A stretch of 64,000 nt of DNA from Blastocladiella emersonii ATCC 22665 (Eukaryota > Fungi > Blastocladiomycota): NCBI GenBank assembly GCA_025594325.1, contig JANHCV010000004.1, positions 434,001 through 498,000 on the forward strand, written 5' to 3'. Within the stretch, counting starts at the first letter, position 1, and every line of letters begins with the position of its first letter. The notes under the pieces are model-generated. The model searched no databases, had not been told where the DNA came from, and saw nothing but the letters and a program-made list of their open reading frames with translations. Below are positions 45,123-56,084 of the stretch, piece by piece. The translations under genes and the position numbers were made by a program.

Positions 45123-46207
45123 TCACTCATCATCGTCATCGTTCCCAACCGCGTTCGCGCGCGCGGGCCGTTCCTCGTCGATCCCGCCCTGGTCGCGCGC
45201 CTTGAGGTACCGCTGGTAGTCCTCGAGGACGAGCGGGAGCTGGACCTGGTTGAACACCTGGCGCGTGAACCGGCCGTCGGCGAGGAACAGGAGCCGGTCG
45301 GCGTAGCACTCGACGTCCGGGTTGTGCGTGACCATGATGCACGTCGTCTTCTGCTCGAGATTGATGCGCAGTAAAATGTCCATGACCTGCACCGTCGCCT
45401 TGCTGTCGAGGTCCCCCGTCGGCTCGTCCAGGAGTAGGACCTCGGGCGAGTTGGCGAGCGCGCGCGCGATGGCTCTGGATAGACAGACGGGCGTGCGAGA
45501 GAGTCAGTCCTGGTCGCGATCCACCACCACGAGTGCCGTGGAACGTACACGCGCTGCTGCTCTCCACCCGACAACTCGGACGGTAGGTGCGCGACGCGGT
45601 CCTGGAGCCCGACCATCGCCAACAACTCGAGCGCGCGGTCGCGCCGCTCCTTGACGGTCAGCTTGCCCGCGATCGCCATGGGCAGCTCGACGTTCTCGAA
45701 CGCGGACATGGTGGCGAGCAGGTTGAACGACTGGAAGACGAACCCGATCCGGAGCAGCCGCAGGTCCGACAGGTACGCGTCGGGTGACCGCTCGTTGACC
45801 ACGTCGCCCAGGATCTCGACGGTGCCCGAGGTCGCCGTGTCGATGGTCCCGATGATGTTGAGCAGGGTCGTCTTGCCGCCGCCGCTCACGCCGCGCAGGC
45901 AGACAAACTCGCCGCGGCGGATCGGAAGAAACTCGCAGTCGGGCGCCAGGTGCACGTCGCGTAAAGCGTGCACCGTCTCGCCGTCGGCGCCGCTGGCCTT
46001 GAAGGCTACGCAATAAATTCATGAGCGGTCTTTCATGATAGTTGTGGGTGGAAGCATACTCTTTGTGAGATGCCGCACGACGACCACGGGCTCCCCGAGC
46101 ACCTTGGGCGGGATCGCCGTCACCTCCCTTCTCTCCTCGAGCGGGACACAGGCAAGACTTTTCGCCGACCCGACTCCATTGCGGGTAGTTGCGCCGATTG
46201 CTTCCAT
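45123..46207 (-). CDS. Stand-alone ABC ATPase of the LolD/MacB/FtsE-like type (318 aa); exons 46207-46060, 46005-45549, 45474-45123
   Basis: Walker A GVSGGGKTT, Q-loop GFVFQSFNLL, signature LSGGEQQRV, Walker B LLLDEPTGDLD and H-switch MVTHN. Two GT-AG introns give an in-frame sum of 957 nt. Confidence 0.9.
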
Positions 46208-46353
46208 GGTGAGTCGTTCGCTAGGTCGGTCTGAGTTGCCGCGAGCCGGGAATGTGGCGCAACGCGTCGCTCTTTCCCTCACGCGACCGCGCGTCACCGA
46301 TCCACTTCGAGCAGTTCAAGCAAGCACCAAAGCGTCGCAAAACCGTTCAAAAT

Positions 46354-48621
46354 TTACATGATAGTACAATCCTGGTCACGACGACGCCCCTTGCCCGCCT
46401 CCTTGGCCTGCATCTTGAGCGCGAGCGCCATATCGGCCTGGTCGAGGTGCGGCGCCGAGTGCCGCCGCCCGTGCAGGGGCCTGCTCTCCCCGCCGCCGTC
46501 CCCGCCCTCGCTCGGCAATGATGGCGGCGCGAGCAGTCCCGGCGCGGGTGCGGGCGGCGAGTACCGCGGCAACGTTGTCGTCGCGGAGACCGCCGTAGCC
46601 GAGGGCGCGTCCTCGGTGGTGCGCCGCAGCTCGTAGAAGACCAGGTACGCGTTGCGCGCGACCTCGTCCATGAACTGCCGCGTAATCGCCGCCGTCGACG
46701 TGAACGTCTGCACCTTGTTGCTCGCCGGCAGCCCGTCGAACCGGAGCCACGTCGGGAGCGCGTCCTCGGCGGCGGCGGTGACGGTCGGCGACACGGGCGG
46801 GCTGGTCGCGGCAGCAGCGGGTGATGGCGGTGCGGGCGACAGTTTCGCGGGAAGCGCGCCGGGCGAGTACGGCGGCGGCAGGCTCGCGGGCTCCGACTCG
46901 GCGAGCGGCTGCGGGCGCGGCCGGAGCGGGGGCGCGGACGCCGCTGCAGATTCGGCGACTTGCGCCGCGGCAAACGCTTCGGGGTCTTTTTCCGGCGCAG
47001 CAGCTGCGCTCGGTGGCCGCGGCGGGAGCGGCGGGACGGGTTCCCTCGCGGCAGCCGCCACAGCAGCAGCCGAGACCGCGGCATCGCGCGTCGCGGGCGG
47101 CGCGCTGGCGTTGACGTAGGTGATGAAATGGCCGGACGTGGGCGTATCGCCGAGGTGGCATACGACGGCCTGGAGCACGAGCGAGTAGGACGCGGGTCCG
47201 ACGGCGGCGGTGGGCGCGGCGTCGACGTCGTTGTCGGCCGTGTACTGGTCAAAGTTGATTTCGATCGGGACGAGGACCTGGCGCGACGTGCGCTTGAGGG
47301 CGTTGTTGCTCTCCTTGCGGTAGTAGCGCTTGAGGAGCATCGGGATGACGATGGGGCCCGCGGCCGTGGAGAGCAGGTTCGACTGCTCGCCGAGCTCCGA
47401 CTCGCCGACCTGGAACGGGAGCAGTTTCAGCATGCTCCACCCGTCGACGAGCATGTCCTCGACCGAGAGCACCGAGTCGGCGCGGATCACGCGCGAGCTG
47501 CTCGAGGATGACGACGCGGACGACGACGACTGCAGCGAGGCGAGCCGGCGCAGGCCGTAGACGCGGCGGTTCTCGTTGGCGAGCTTGTCCGAGACGCGGA
47601 CGACGGGCACCTTGCGGGAGATCTTATCGACCTTGTTATCGAAAAAGTAGGCCTTGAGCAGGGCCTCGAGCGACACGGGGTCTTTCGCCTTGGGGTCGGG
47701 GATCGCGAGCTGCAGGCACCGCTCGGTGCACACGCGCAGGTCGTCCTGGGCGTCGACCTTCCCGCCGTGGTGGATCACCTGCCACAGCGGTAGACTGGGC
47801 GCGCGCAGGCAGCTGGCGAGCATCATGAACAGCTCGGCCACGTCCTCCTGGACGCCCGGCTGGCCCGCGTTGGTGCCCTCGAACGCCCACAGCTGCTTGA
47901 TGGCGGCCTCGACGGAGCGCATCTCGGCGCGCGTCACCAGACACCCCTTGCGCAGCCGGTTGATGACCAGGATCAGCTGCACCTGCACCGCACGCAGCAG
48001 CGACCGCCGCCGCGCCTCGGCGAGCTCGGCGGGTGTCGGAACCATGCCGCTTGACGAGCCCGGCGGCGCGCCAGCGAGCGGCTTGGGCGGCGGGACGGGC
48101 GCCGCCATCGGCGCGGGCGGGAGCGGCGCGTCGTCAAAGCTCTGTGCGAGCCACCCGTCGATCGCGTCCATGCGCGCAAACAGGGCGAACAGCAGGCTGT
48201 CGATGTAGCACGTGTTGCCCGAATTCTCAATCCCGAGCAGCGCGACGCCGCGGTCGACCGGGTGCAGGCTGCCGGAGATGGCGTCGGACCAGTCCTCGAG
48301 GTACTCGGCGGCCAGGTTCAGGCTGCGCCACTGCGTCACGTTGAGCGCGTGCTGGACGTGCCCGCGCGTCCGGACCGCGGCGGCGGCCGGGACCAGCGCG
48401 AGGAGACGCGCGATGGCTGTCTCGCGCTCCGAGGCCAGGATGGGCGCGTCCGACGACGGCCACTCGGGCGCGGGTGCGGGTGCCGCGTACGCGGGTGCGA
48501 GGAACGAGGCGCCCGACGACTGGCTGCGCCGGTGGCGCGACAGACGCGGCGAGGGCGGGACGTCGTCGGCGTCGCCGTCGCCGGGTTTCGGGGTGCGTCG
48601 GCGAGCGAACATGGATTGCAT
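46354..48621 (-). CDS. Ubiquitin-specific protease (CYLD-like Cys box), 755 aa, with a C-terminal MIU-like motif and CaaX box
   Basis: GIENSGNTCYIDSLLFALF, QEDVAELF, His box CHLGDTPTSGHFITY and WLRFD. The protein ends QADMALALKMQAKE...RRRDQDCTIM*. Confidence 0.85.
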   Translation of the reverse strand: MQSMFARRRTPKPGDGDADDVPPSPRLSRHRRSQSSGASFLAPAYAAPAPAPEWPSSDAPILASERETAIARLLALVPAAAAVRTRGHVQHALNVTQWRSLNLAAEYLEDWSDAISGSLHPVDRGVALLGIENSGNTCYIDSLLFALFARMDAIDGWLAQSFDDAPLPPAPMAAPVPPPKPLAGAPPGSSSGMVPTPAELAEARRRSLLRAVQVQLILVINRLRKGCLVTRAEMRSVEAAIKQLWAFEGTNAGQPGVQEDVAELFMMLASCLRAPSLPLWQVIHHGGKVDAQDDLRVCTERCLQLAIPDPKAKDPVSLEALLKAYFFDNKVDKISRKVPVVRVSDKLANENRRVYGLRRLASLQSSSSASSSSSSSRVIRADSVLSVEDMLVDGWSMLKLLPFQVGESELGEQSNLLSTAAGPIVIPMLLKRYYRKESNNALKRTSRQVLVPIEINFDQYTADNDVDAAPTAAVGPASYSLVLQAVVCHLGDTPTSGHFITYVNASAPPATRDAAVSAAAVAAAAREPVPPLPPRPPSAAAAPEKDPEAFAAAQVAESAAASAPPLRPRPQPLAESEPASLPPPYSPGALPAKLSPAPPSPAAAATSPPVSPTVTAAAEDALPTWLRFDGLPASNKVQTFTSTAAITRQFMDEVARNAYLVFYELRRTTEDAPSATAVSATTTLPRYSPPAPAPGLLAPPSLPSEGGDGGGESRPLHGRRHSAPHLDQADMALALKMQAKEAGKGRRRDQDCTIM

Positions 48622-48846
48622 GGGCTAGCGTAGTCTAGTGCTTTGGTGGTTTACGTTGGGGAAGGGAGGGAGCGGGGGCGAAGGGAACGCCAAGTCTCGG
48701 CGCCGCGGCGCGCCATCACGTTTCGCCCCTTCGCGGCCCCTTCTCGACTCGGCGACGTGATCCATCGCTCTCTCCTCCCTCCCTCTACTGCATGACAGCC
48801 CATGAAACCCGCACACGATTGAGAACCTACTGCAACCGCCGCCACC

Positions 48847-50028
48847 ATGGACATCAGCTACTATGAGGAAGAGGCCAAGGTGACGTGCCACGCGTGCATG
48901 TTCAACCGCGAGAACGACCCGACGCGCAAGGTCAAGGTGACCATGTGCAACCACAACATGTCCGTGTGGCTCTTGCGTGATGGATCGGTGCATAGAGACT
49001 GATTCCCCCCGACCCGTAGCTGCGAGAAGTGCCTGTACCGCATCCTGCGCTCGGGCCGCGGCGCGTGCCCCAAGTGCGGCCGCGAGGTCAAGCAGACGGA
49101 CGTGCACGAGCAGCGGTTCGCCGACATGACTGTCGACAAGGAGGTGCGCAAGCGGAAGCAAATTCACCGCATGTACGTGTCCCCTCTGCCGTGCACACCC
49201 AACCTCCATCCTCACACTCCCTTTGCCACCATAGATTCAACAAGCAGCCGCGTGAGTTCGCGTCGCTGCGCGAGTACAACGACTACCTCGAGATGGTCGA
49301 GGACATTGTGTTCAACCTGACCAACGAGATTGACGTGGAGCGGACCAACGCCATTGTCGAAAAGTACCGCCGCGAGAACCAGGAGTCGATTGAGCGCAAC
49401 CGCCTGTCGCGCAACCCCGAGCACCAGCGGCTCGCCGAGCTGCGCAAAAAGGAGGAGGAGGAGCAACAGCTGCGCCGCGAGCAGGCCAAGCTCAAGTACG
49501 AGGAGGAGGGCAAGATGCAGCTCGAGGAAAAGGAATCGATTCTCAACGAGCTGGTACGCTCTTCTCGTATTCGCACCACTGTGGTACCGGGCTAACCCTC
49601 GACCTGTCTAGGCCTCGTCGAAGCGCCGCGCCGAGGACATTGTCAACGACCGCAAGCGCGTGACCAAGGCGCGCGGCGGCGTCGGCAGCGGACCGGGCGC
49701 CTCCGCGGCCGCGCACGACTCGATCCGCGAGTTCGGCATGGCGCACGCGTACACGGAGCTGTTCGATCCGTCGGCCGAGCGGGTGACGGCGGGCGCCGTG
49801 GACCCGCTCGACACGCTCGACTTTGACGACGAGCTCGAGGGGTGCTTTGAGCTGCAGGACAACTACCACGACCCGTACCTGCAGCCGTGGCTGCACGGGA
49901 AACCAGCGATCCCGCCCGGCGGATACCACCCGAACGTCACCTACTTTCGCGCCATCGAGTCGGCGTACCGCGGCCTCCTCGCGCCGCCACCACCACCCGG
50001 CGCGCATCCCGTGCGGCCCGACGAGTGA
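48847..50028 (+). CDS. MAT1: CDK-activating kinase assembly factor MAT1/Tfb3 (RING finger), 4 exons
   Basis: Spliced CHAC...MCNHNI|CEKC...CPKCGR...F.D.TVDKEVRKRK.I..I|FNKQ..EF.SLREYNDYLEMVEDIVFNL. C-terminal DPYLQPW...GGY matches the MAT1 tail. Confidence 0.92.
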
Positions 50029-50198
50029 GTTGGTGAGAGGGAATAAAACGCGTCTCTTGTCGTCCCACGTGTAAGTCAGCTGATGCGCGCCTCGACGTGT
50101 TTGGCGATCGTTCGCTCGCTCTTGTCGGCCGGCCGATCATGCTCTCTTCTCTTCTCCCCACCAAGCACCACCTGTTGTTGCAACGTAGCTTGATCACC

Positions 50199-51045
50199 AT
50201 GGCCGCCAAGAACCCCAAGGTCTTCTTCGACATTGCCGTCGGTACGGCGATCGCACAGCCACGGGCGAGTCGCGAGGCCAGGGACTGACGTTCGCTCGCA
50301 CCCGTGTAGGCGGCGCCAAGGGTCCGTTACCCTCTCCACTCGTATCGCATACGAGCCCTGACACGCCCGTACACACGTAGCCGGCCGCGTCACCTTTGAG
50401 CTGTTCGCCGACAAGGTACCGCGCTCCTTGCGACTGCGCCATGGACTCGCGACTGACATCGCTCCGATCTTGCAGGTTCCCCGCACCGCCGAGAACTTCC
50501 GCGCCCTGTGCACGGGCGAGAAGGGCATCGGCAAGTCCGGCAAGGCGCTGCACTACAAGAACAGCATCTTCCACCGCATCATCCCCGGGTTCATGGCCCA
50601 GGTACGTCCGCCGCGACCTCGGGCGCGACTTTTGCTCACCTCCTCCCATCATTTCTAGGGCGGCGACTTCACCCACGGCTCGGGTATCGGCGGGGAGTCG
50701 ATCTACGGGACCAAATTCGATTGCGAGAAGCCTGGCCTTGCCCTCAAGCACACGTCGCGCGGCCTGCTGTCCATGGCCAACGCTGGCCCCAACACCAACG
50801 GGTCGCAGTTCTTCATCACGTTCACGCAGACGCCGTGGCTCGACGGTACGGTCCGCACTCGCAGTAGGACGCGCGGGGCGCTGGTGGGCTCACTATCCGA
50901 TCCCCCCCGTCTAGGCCGCCACGTCGTGTTCGGCAAGGTGATCGAGGGTGAGAAGGTGCTCGACGCGCTCGAGAAGGTCGGCTCCGACTCGGGCAAGGTC
51001 AAGGTGCCCGTCCAGATCCTCGAGTCGGGCGAGATCAAGGCCTAA
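50199..51045 (+). CDS. CYP: Cyclophilin-type PPIase (CypA-like), 7 exons including a 12-nt micro-exon (50310-50321); an in-frame upstream ATG at 50139 adds a 20-aa presequence
   Basis: [10 protein letters not shown]|GGAK|[12 protein letters not shown]|[17 protein letters not shown]...[11 protein letters not shown]|[15 protein letters not shown]...[18 protein letters not shown]...WLDG|RHVVFGKV. Confidence 0.95.
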
Positions 51046-51163
51046 GTGCTGCAGCAATACACGAGCGAGTGTCTCTTGAACTGAAGAATGTATACCGGGA
51101 AGACTGAGAGAATGGTGAGGCTCTATGATACAAGAAGTAACGATACTGTGGAGTGACAATGAA

Positions 51164-52598
51164 TCACTCCTCGGCGACGGCGCGCAGACCCTGGTCCGCG
51201 CTCGCGGGCTGGGACGACCCCTCGGCGGCCGCCGCGAGCGCCGCCTGGGACGCCTGCTGCATGCGGGAGATCGCGACGACCTTGTGCACGGCGCCGCGGA
51301 ACTTGTCAATGTACCGCTCCTGGCCGCGGCGCAGCGTCGGGACCAGGTTGACGGACGCGATGTGCGCCGTGTCGGGGTCGGCCATGGACAGGATCGACTC
51401 GGGCCGCTTGGTCGCGGCGAGCGACGACGGCGTGCTGTAGGCGAACCCGGGCCGCTGCGCCATGGACGCGCGCTGGATCCACGGGTGCGCCATGGCCGCG
51501 GTCGCCGTCATGCGCTCGTCCACGTTCACGACCAGGCACTTGGAGATGAAGTCCTTGGCCTCGGCCGAAATGTCGGACCAGTACTCGGGGTCGAAGGCGA
51601 AGCGCGCGTTGACGATCTCGTCGAAGACGCCGCGTTGGCTAGATGTGGGCGGGCGAGACGTGGTTAGCGTTCGAGTCCCGACCACGAACACGGCGCAAGG
51701 AAACGTACGTCTCGGCCCAGAAGGGAATGTAGCCGCAGAGAATGACAAAGGCGATGCAGCCGAGCGACCACATGTCGACGGGCTTGCCGTGGCCCTTGTT
51801 GAGGATGATCTCGGGGGCGCAGTAGGCGGGAGTGCCGCACGCGGTCATGAACATCTGGTTGTCGAACTCGGCGAGGCGCGAGAGCCCGAAATCGGCGACC
51901 ATGACGCGGGCGTTGGCGGACGTGTCCTTGAGCAGGAGGTTCTCGGGCTTGAGGTCGCGGTGCACGACGCCGTGGTCGTGGCAGAACTTGACGGCGTCGA
52001 GGACCTGGGCAACCACGTTGACGGCGTCGCGCTCCGAGTAGAAGCCGCGCTCGACAATCGAGTCGAACAGCTCCTTGCCCGTGCACAGCTCCATGACCAG
52101 GTGGTACGCGTCGGGGGTGTCGAAGAAGGCGTCGTCGCCGTCGACCAGACCCACAATGTTCGGGTGCGTCGCCAGCGTCGCCAGCACCTCGATCTCGCGC
52201 GCCACCACCTTCTCGCGGCCCTTGAGCTTGCGCTTGCGCATCGTCTTGAGCGCGTACTTAGAGCCAGTCCGCTTGTGCGTCACCATGTACACGTCCGCGA
52301 ACGTCCCCGAGCCCAAGCGAGCGCCGCGCTCGTACACGTCCGTCAGCTCGTGCTTGCTCGGCTCGACGCGCGGCGCGGGTTTCATGGGGGCGGCGACAAT
52401 GTCGGCCGACGCACTCGGCGTCACGGTGACGGCGGGGACCGCGGCGACGACGGGTGCAGGCGGGTTCGGCGTGGCGGCCGGCTGCTGCTGCTGCACCTGG
52501 GCGTAGGTCGCGCCCGCAGAGCTCGGGGCGGGCGCCGACCCGGGCTTGGGCTCGCCGGCGTTGCTGCCGCGGAGGCACGGGCAGAGCAGACCGAGCAT
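51164..52598 (-). CDS. CMK1: Ca2+/calmodulin-dependent protein kinase (CaMKI/Cmk1-like), 454 aa; exons 52598-51709 and 51638-51164
   Basis: LGSGTFADV, YALK, HRDLKPEN, ADFGLS, CGTPAYCAPE, DMWSLG, YWSDISAEAKDFI and a CaM-binding-like helix KFRGAVHKVVAISRM. A 70-nt intron keeps the frame. Confidence 0.93.
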
Positions 52599-52949
52599 GA
52601 TGATGATGGTGGCGGTGTTGAGTGGTGCGGTGCGGTGGTAGGGGGTTGCGGGAGGCGCAACCGTGTGCGGCGGCGGAGGGACGACTGTGGGGGACAGCGA
52701 GGGCAGCGCAGTGCACCAAGTCGTTGCCGTCGTCGAAGGTCGGTCTCGTGTGCTTCGTGGACGTGAGATGAGGGCTTCGCCGGAGAAGGGAGAGCGGGAG
52801 CTGAGCTTGGCGCAGGCGCGGGCGGTGGCGCGGTCCCCCGATTCGGCGTCCCCGTGCGCACGCACTCGGCCGCTTCCCTCTCCTCCCTCCTCCCTCTCTT
52901 CCACGCTGATGCGGTCCCACCCACATGCAGAAACTAATGTATTAGACCG

Positions 52950-54120
52950 TTACTGGAACGAGAGCAAATCGCGGGCTCTCAAATGAATGACGAGTCCCAG
53001 CGGCACAGCCTCGCGAACCGGTGCGACCAGCTCGCCGTACTCCATCGTCCGGAACGAGTACAGCTCGAGCTCCTCGAGGGCGGGCGGGATCCGAGCAGCG
53101 AGCGCCTGCAGCCCTGCCTCACCCAGCGGATTGTGCGACAGCACGAGCTTGGTGAGCGTGGGAGGGAGCCGTGGTGCGAGCACGGTCAGCGCCTTGTCAG
53201 CAATCTCGGCCCGGTTGAGGGCGAGCGACTGGAGCGCGGGCGGCATGTGCATTCCCAAGTACGCCGCGCCGATGATCTCGAGGGAGCTCATTGAGAGGTC
53301 GAGAACCCGCAGCGACGCAGGCAGCGCCGCCATGAGATCGGGATGCGAGCTGCTGCTCGAGCTGGCGGTTTCGCTCAGCTCGAGCGTCTCGAGGCCCGCG
53401 GGCATCCGGCACACGAGCGCGCGGACCGCATCGTCGTCCGGGTGGTAGGCGCGGCTGTTATACCTGAGCCGCTTGAGAGTTGGCGGGAGTGCGGCCATGA
53501 CGGGCGCCAGGCTGCTGTTCTTGTAAACCTTGCTAACATCCAGCGCCTCCAGAGCAGGCGGCAGCGACGCAGCGAGCACGAGAATGTCCTCGTCGCCGAG
53601 AGTCATCTCGTGAAGGTCCAACTCGGTGAGAGTGTCAGGAAAGGACCACGCTGGTTGTTTCTCGCCGGGGCCGTCGTCGGACCGATCCTTGTTGAAGTTG
53701 CCGCCAATGTTGAGCGAGCGGAGCGACGGCGGAAAGTGCGGGCCGAGGGCTGCGAGCCCCTCGCTCGAGATTCGGGTACGGAAAAGGCAGAGCGACCGAA
53801 GCGTTGCAGGCAAGAGGCGGACGAGTGCAAGCGCGCGGTCGTCGCCAAGAAGGCAGGAAGACATGTCGAGCGAGGCCAGCGTTGAAGTAAGTCGCGAGAA
53901 GAGGCAATGGACGGACGTCGCGCACAGGTCGGTCCGAACGGCGAGCGACTGGAGATTGGCCGGCCACTGTATCGGGTCGAGCACCTCGGATTCGTGAGGC
54001 GATTCGAGCCAAAGGTGAGCGAGCTTGATCTCGGTCACCAAGTCGGAAATGCTCTACGGCGTGGACCAAGATCTGCTCAAGGATCTCGGGGACGTGGTGT
54101 TTGCCAATTCGAGTGCTCAT
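52950..54120 (-). pseudogene. RNI-like LRR gene 1: F-box-like start fused out of frame to the LRR C-half (internal deletion)
   Basis: MSTRIGKHHVPEILEQILVHAVE switches frame near 54060 to SISDLVTEIKLAHLWL...WPANLQSL... with a 363-codon LRR ORF (LxxLxLxxNxI/L repeats). The central part present in copy 3 is absent. Confidence 0.65.
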
Positions 54121-54627
54121 AATACAAGTTGCATGTAGTTCAATTACTTTTCGTGGCAGGGGGACTGTGGTTCCAGGAGAACAAGCTCAGGGAGAGTGAA
54201 AGGCGTGGTTCAAGCCAGCAACAGGTGACCTAAACGTGATATCTGAACGCGTCTCAAGGCTCGTCTCAAGCCTCGCTCGCGAGCACCACCGACCGGACAA
54301 GTCAACGCGTGTGGGCGCACTTGGTCGCTGCCCGTTTTCTTCTGTTCATGAGCGTTCATACTTTACGGAGCAGGGCAACTTCCTCTTCAAAATCACCGAA
54401 TAGGTGCGAGTGCTGATTCCTTGTTTCCGGGACCCCCCGATTCACAACGAGCGAGAGACCTCCCTGCCCGAACACGTCTCTAGTCCCACAGATCTCGATC
54501 AACACAATTCAAGTTATATCATAGTGGTAAACGCTCGGGATTGCGCGTCTTGAACATGTGTCACGAACGCGGCCGTGACATCAAGCGTGGATGCAACCGA
54601 TGTCACATCTCGTGGATGCGGCCGATG

Positions 54628-55850
54628 TCACATCCCGTGGATTACGAGGGTGGGCGGCCCAGCTGCCCGGATTGCAGCAAACCCTTCGGTGAGCTGGGCG
54701 CGCGGATAAATGATCAGTTCAAGCTTGCCGAGCGCTGGCGGGATGTGAGCGGCAAGGGCCACCAGCCCGGCATTCGTCAAGTCGTTTTGGGACAGGTTCA
54801 GGTTGATGAGTCTGGGCGGAAGGCTTAGGGCAAGGGCTGTCAGCGAAGTATCGCCAATTCCAGTGTAAGCGAGGGCGAGCGTCTGCAGCGCGGGTGGCAT
54901 GTGGGTGGCCAGGAGCTGCGCGCCAGCCGCACCGAGCTTATTGTAGGACAAGTTAAGAGCCTGTAGCGAGACGGGAAGTGCCGGAATCAGAGTCTGCAGC
55001 GCGGAGGTTGAGAGGCTGCACAAGCTCAGGTTGAGCGATACAAGGTCCAGCGGAAACCTGCCCACAAGGGCGTTGGTGAGGAGCGTCTTTGAACAATTGA
55101 GGCGCTTGAGAGTCGGCGGGAGAGCGGCCATGAGCTCTGCCGTAGGAGCGCTGACTTTCTCGAAATCAAGCGATTCCAAGGTCTGCGGCATCGACCCAGC
55201 TAGCGCACGTACGCAAGAGACGTCAAGAGTTGCGCTGTTCATACCGAGTTCAGTGAGAGCGGCGGGGAAGGACCACGGCCCAGTCGTGCCAGCGAAGTTG
55301 TTGCACCCAATGTTGAGCGACCGAAGCGATTGTGGAAGGTGCGGTCCAAGCGCTGCAAGGCCATTGCCTGTGATGTTGTTTTCGTAAAGGCTGAGTGACT
55401 GGAGCGTTGCTGGTAGCAATCCGAGAAGCGCCATCGCAGCATTGTCGCCGAGGGCGCACGAGCAAACATCAAGCGAGGTCAAGGTAGTCGGGAGTCGCGA
55501 AAAGAGGCAATGAACAGCCGCTTCGGAGAGCTTGGGTTCGCGGATCGTGAGCGACTGGAGATTGGTTGGCCAGCGCATTTGTTCAACTGCACCGAGTCCA
55601 CTGGGCGCTTGAAGCCAGAGCCGAGCGAATAGAATCTGGGTCACAGAGTCAGAGAAGCGCAGTGCGAGCAGCCGTTGAGTGTCGATGGTGGACCAGGTGA
55701 TGGTGAACGAGGACAGCGCGTGCGGCGCAGCAGCCATTGCATCGTTGAGGGCGAGAATCCCTGAACGAACGAGAGCGAGCGTCCGCAACGCGGGCGGCAT
55801 GTTCTCGGCCAAAAGCCGCGCGCCTGCCTCCGCAACAGGGTTTGATGAGA
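54628..55850 (-). pseudogene. RNI-like LRR gene 2, 5'-truncated at a MITE-like insertion
   Basis: 394-codon LRR ORF homologous to gene 1 (WPTNLQSL..., VHCLFSRLPTTLTSLDV). The upstream LRR NISSNPVAEAGARLLAENM is cut by an in-frame stop next to the insertion. It could still be expressed from Met 55803. Confidence 0.6.
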
Positions 55851-55862
55851 TGTTGCATCACG

Positions 55863-56084
55863 ATTTTTTTTTGGTCGTTTTGAAGGCGATTAAGGCACCG
55901 CAGGCAAGCGGTGCTTTCAAAAGCCATGTCCGGCCGTTGAAGGCACCCACCAGCTTTCAAAAGCACTCCCCCGCCTTCAAAAGCACTCCCCCGCCTTCAA
56001 AAGCACTCCCCCGCCTTTGAAGGCTGCGCACGCTTTTAAAGGCTATAAACGCTGTTATCGCCTTCAAAACGCCCAGGAAAAATT
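55863..56084. mobile_element. MITE-like element (~220 bp) with ~30-bp TIRs and internal 20-bp tandem repeats
   Basis: TIRs ATTTTTTTTTGGTCGTTTTGAAGGCGATTA and the reverse complement of TTATCGCCTTCAAAACGCCCAGGAAAAATT match at 25 of 30 positions. C(C/T)TTCAAAAGCACTCCCCCG occurs three times at 55954-56013. The element is AT-richer than its flanks. Confidence 0.75.

Noticed and set aside
54574-54643. Two to three degenerate ~25-bp repeats (CGATGTCACATCYCGTGGAT) at the LRR2 stop; CRISPR-like at first glance
   Set aside because: No unique spacers, eukaryotic context and no cas genes; a simple tandem repeat.
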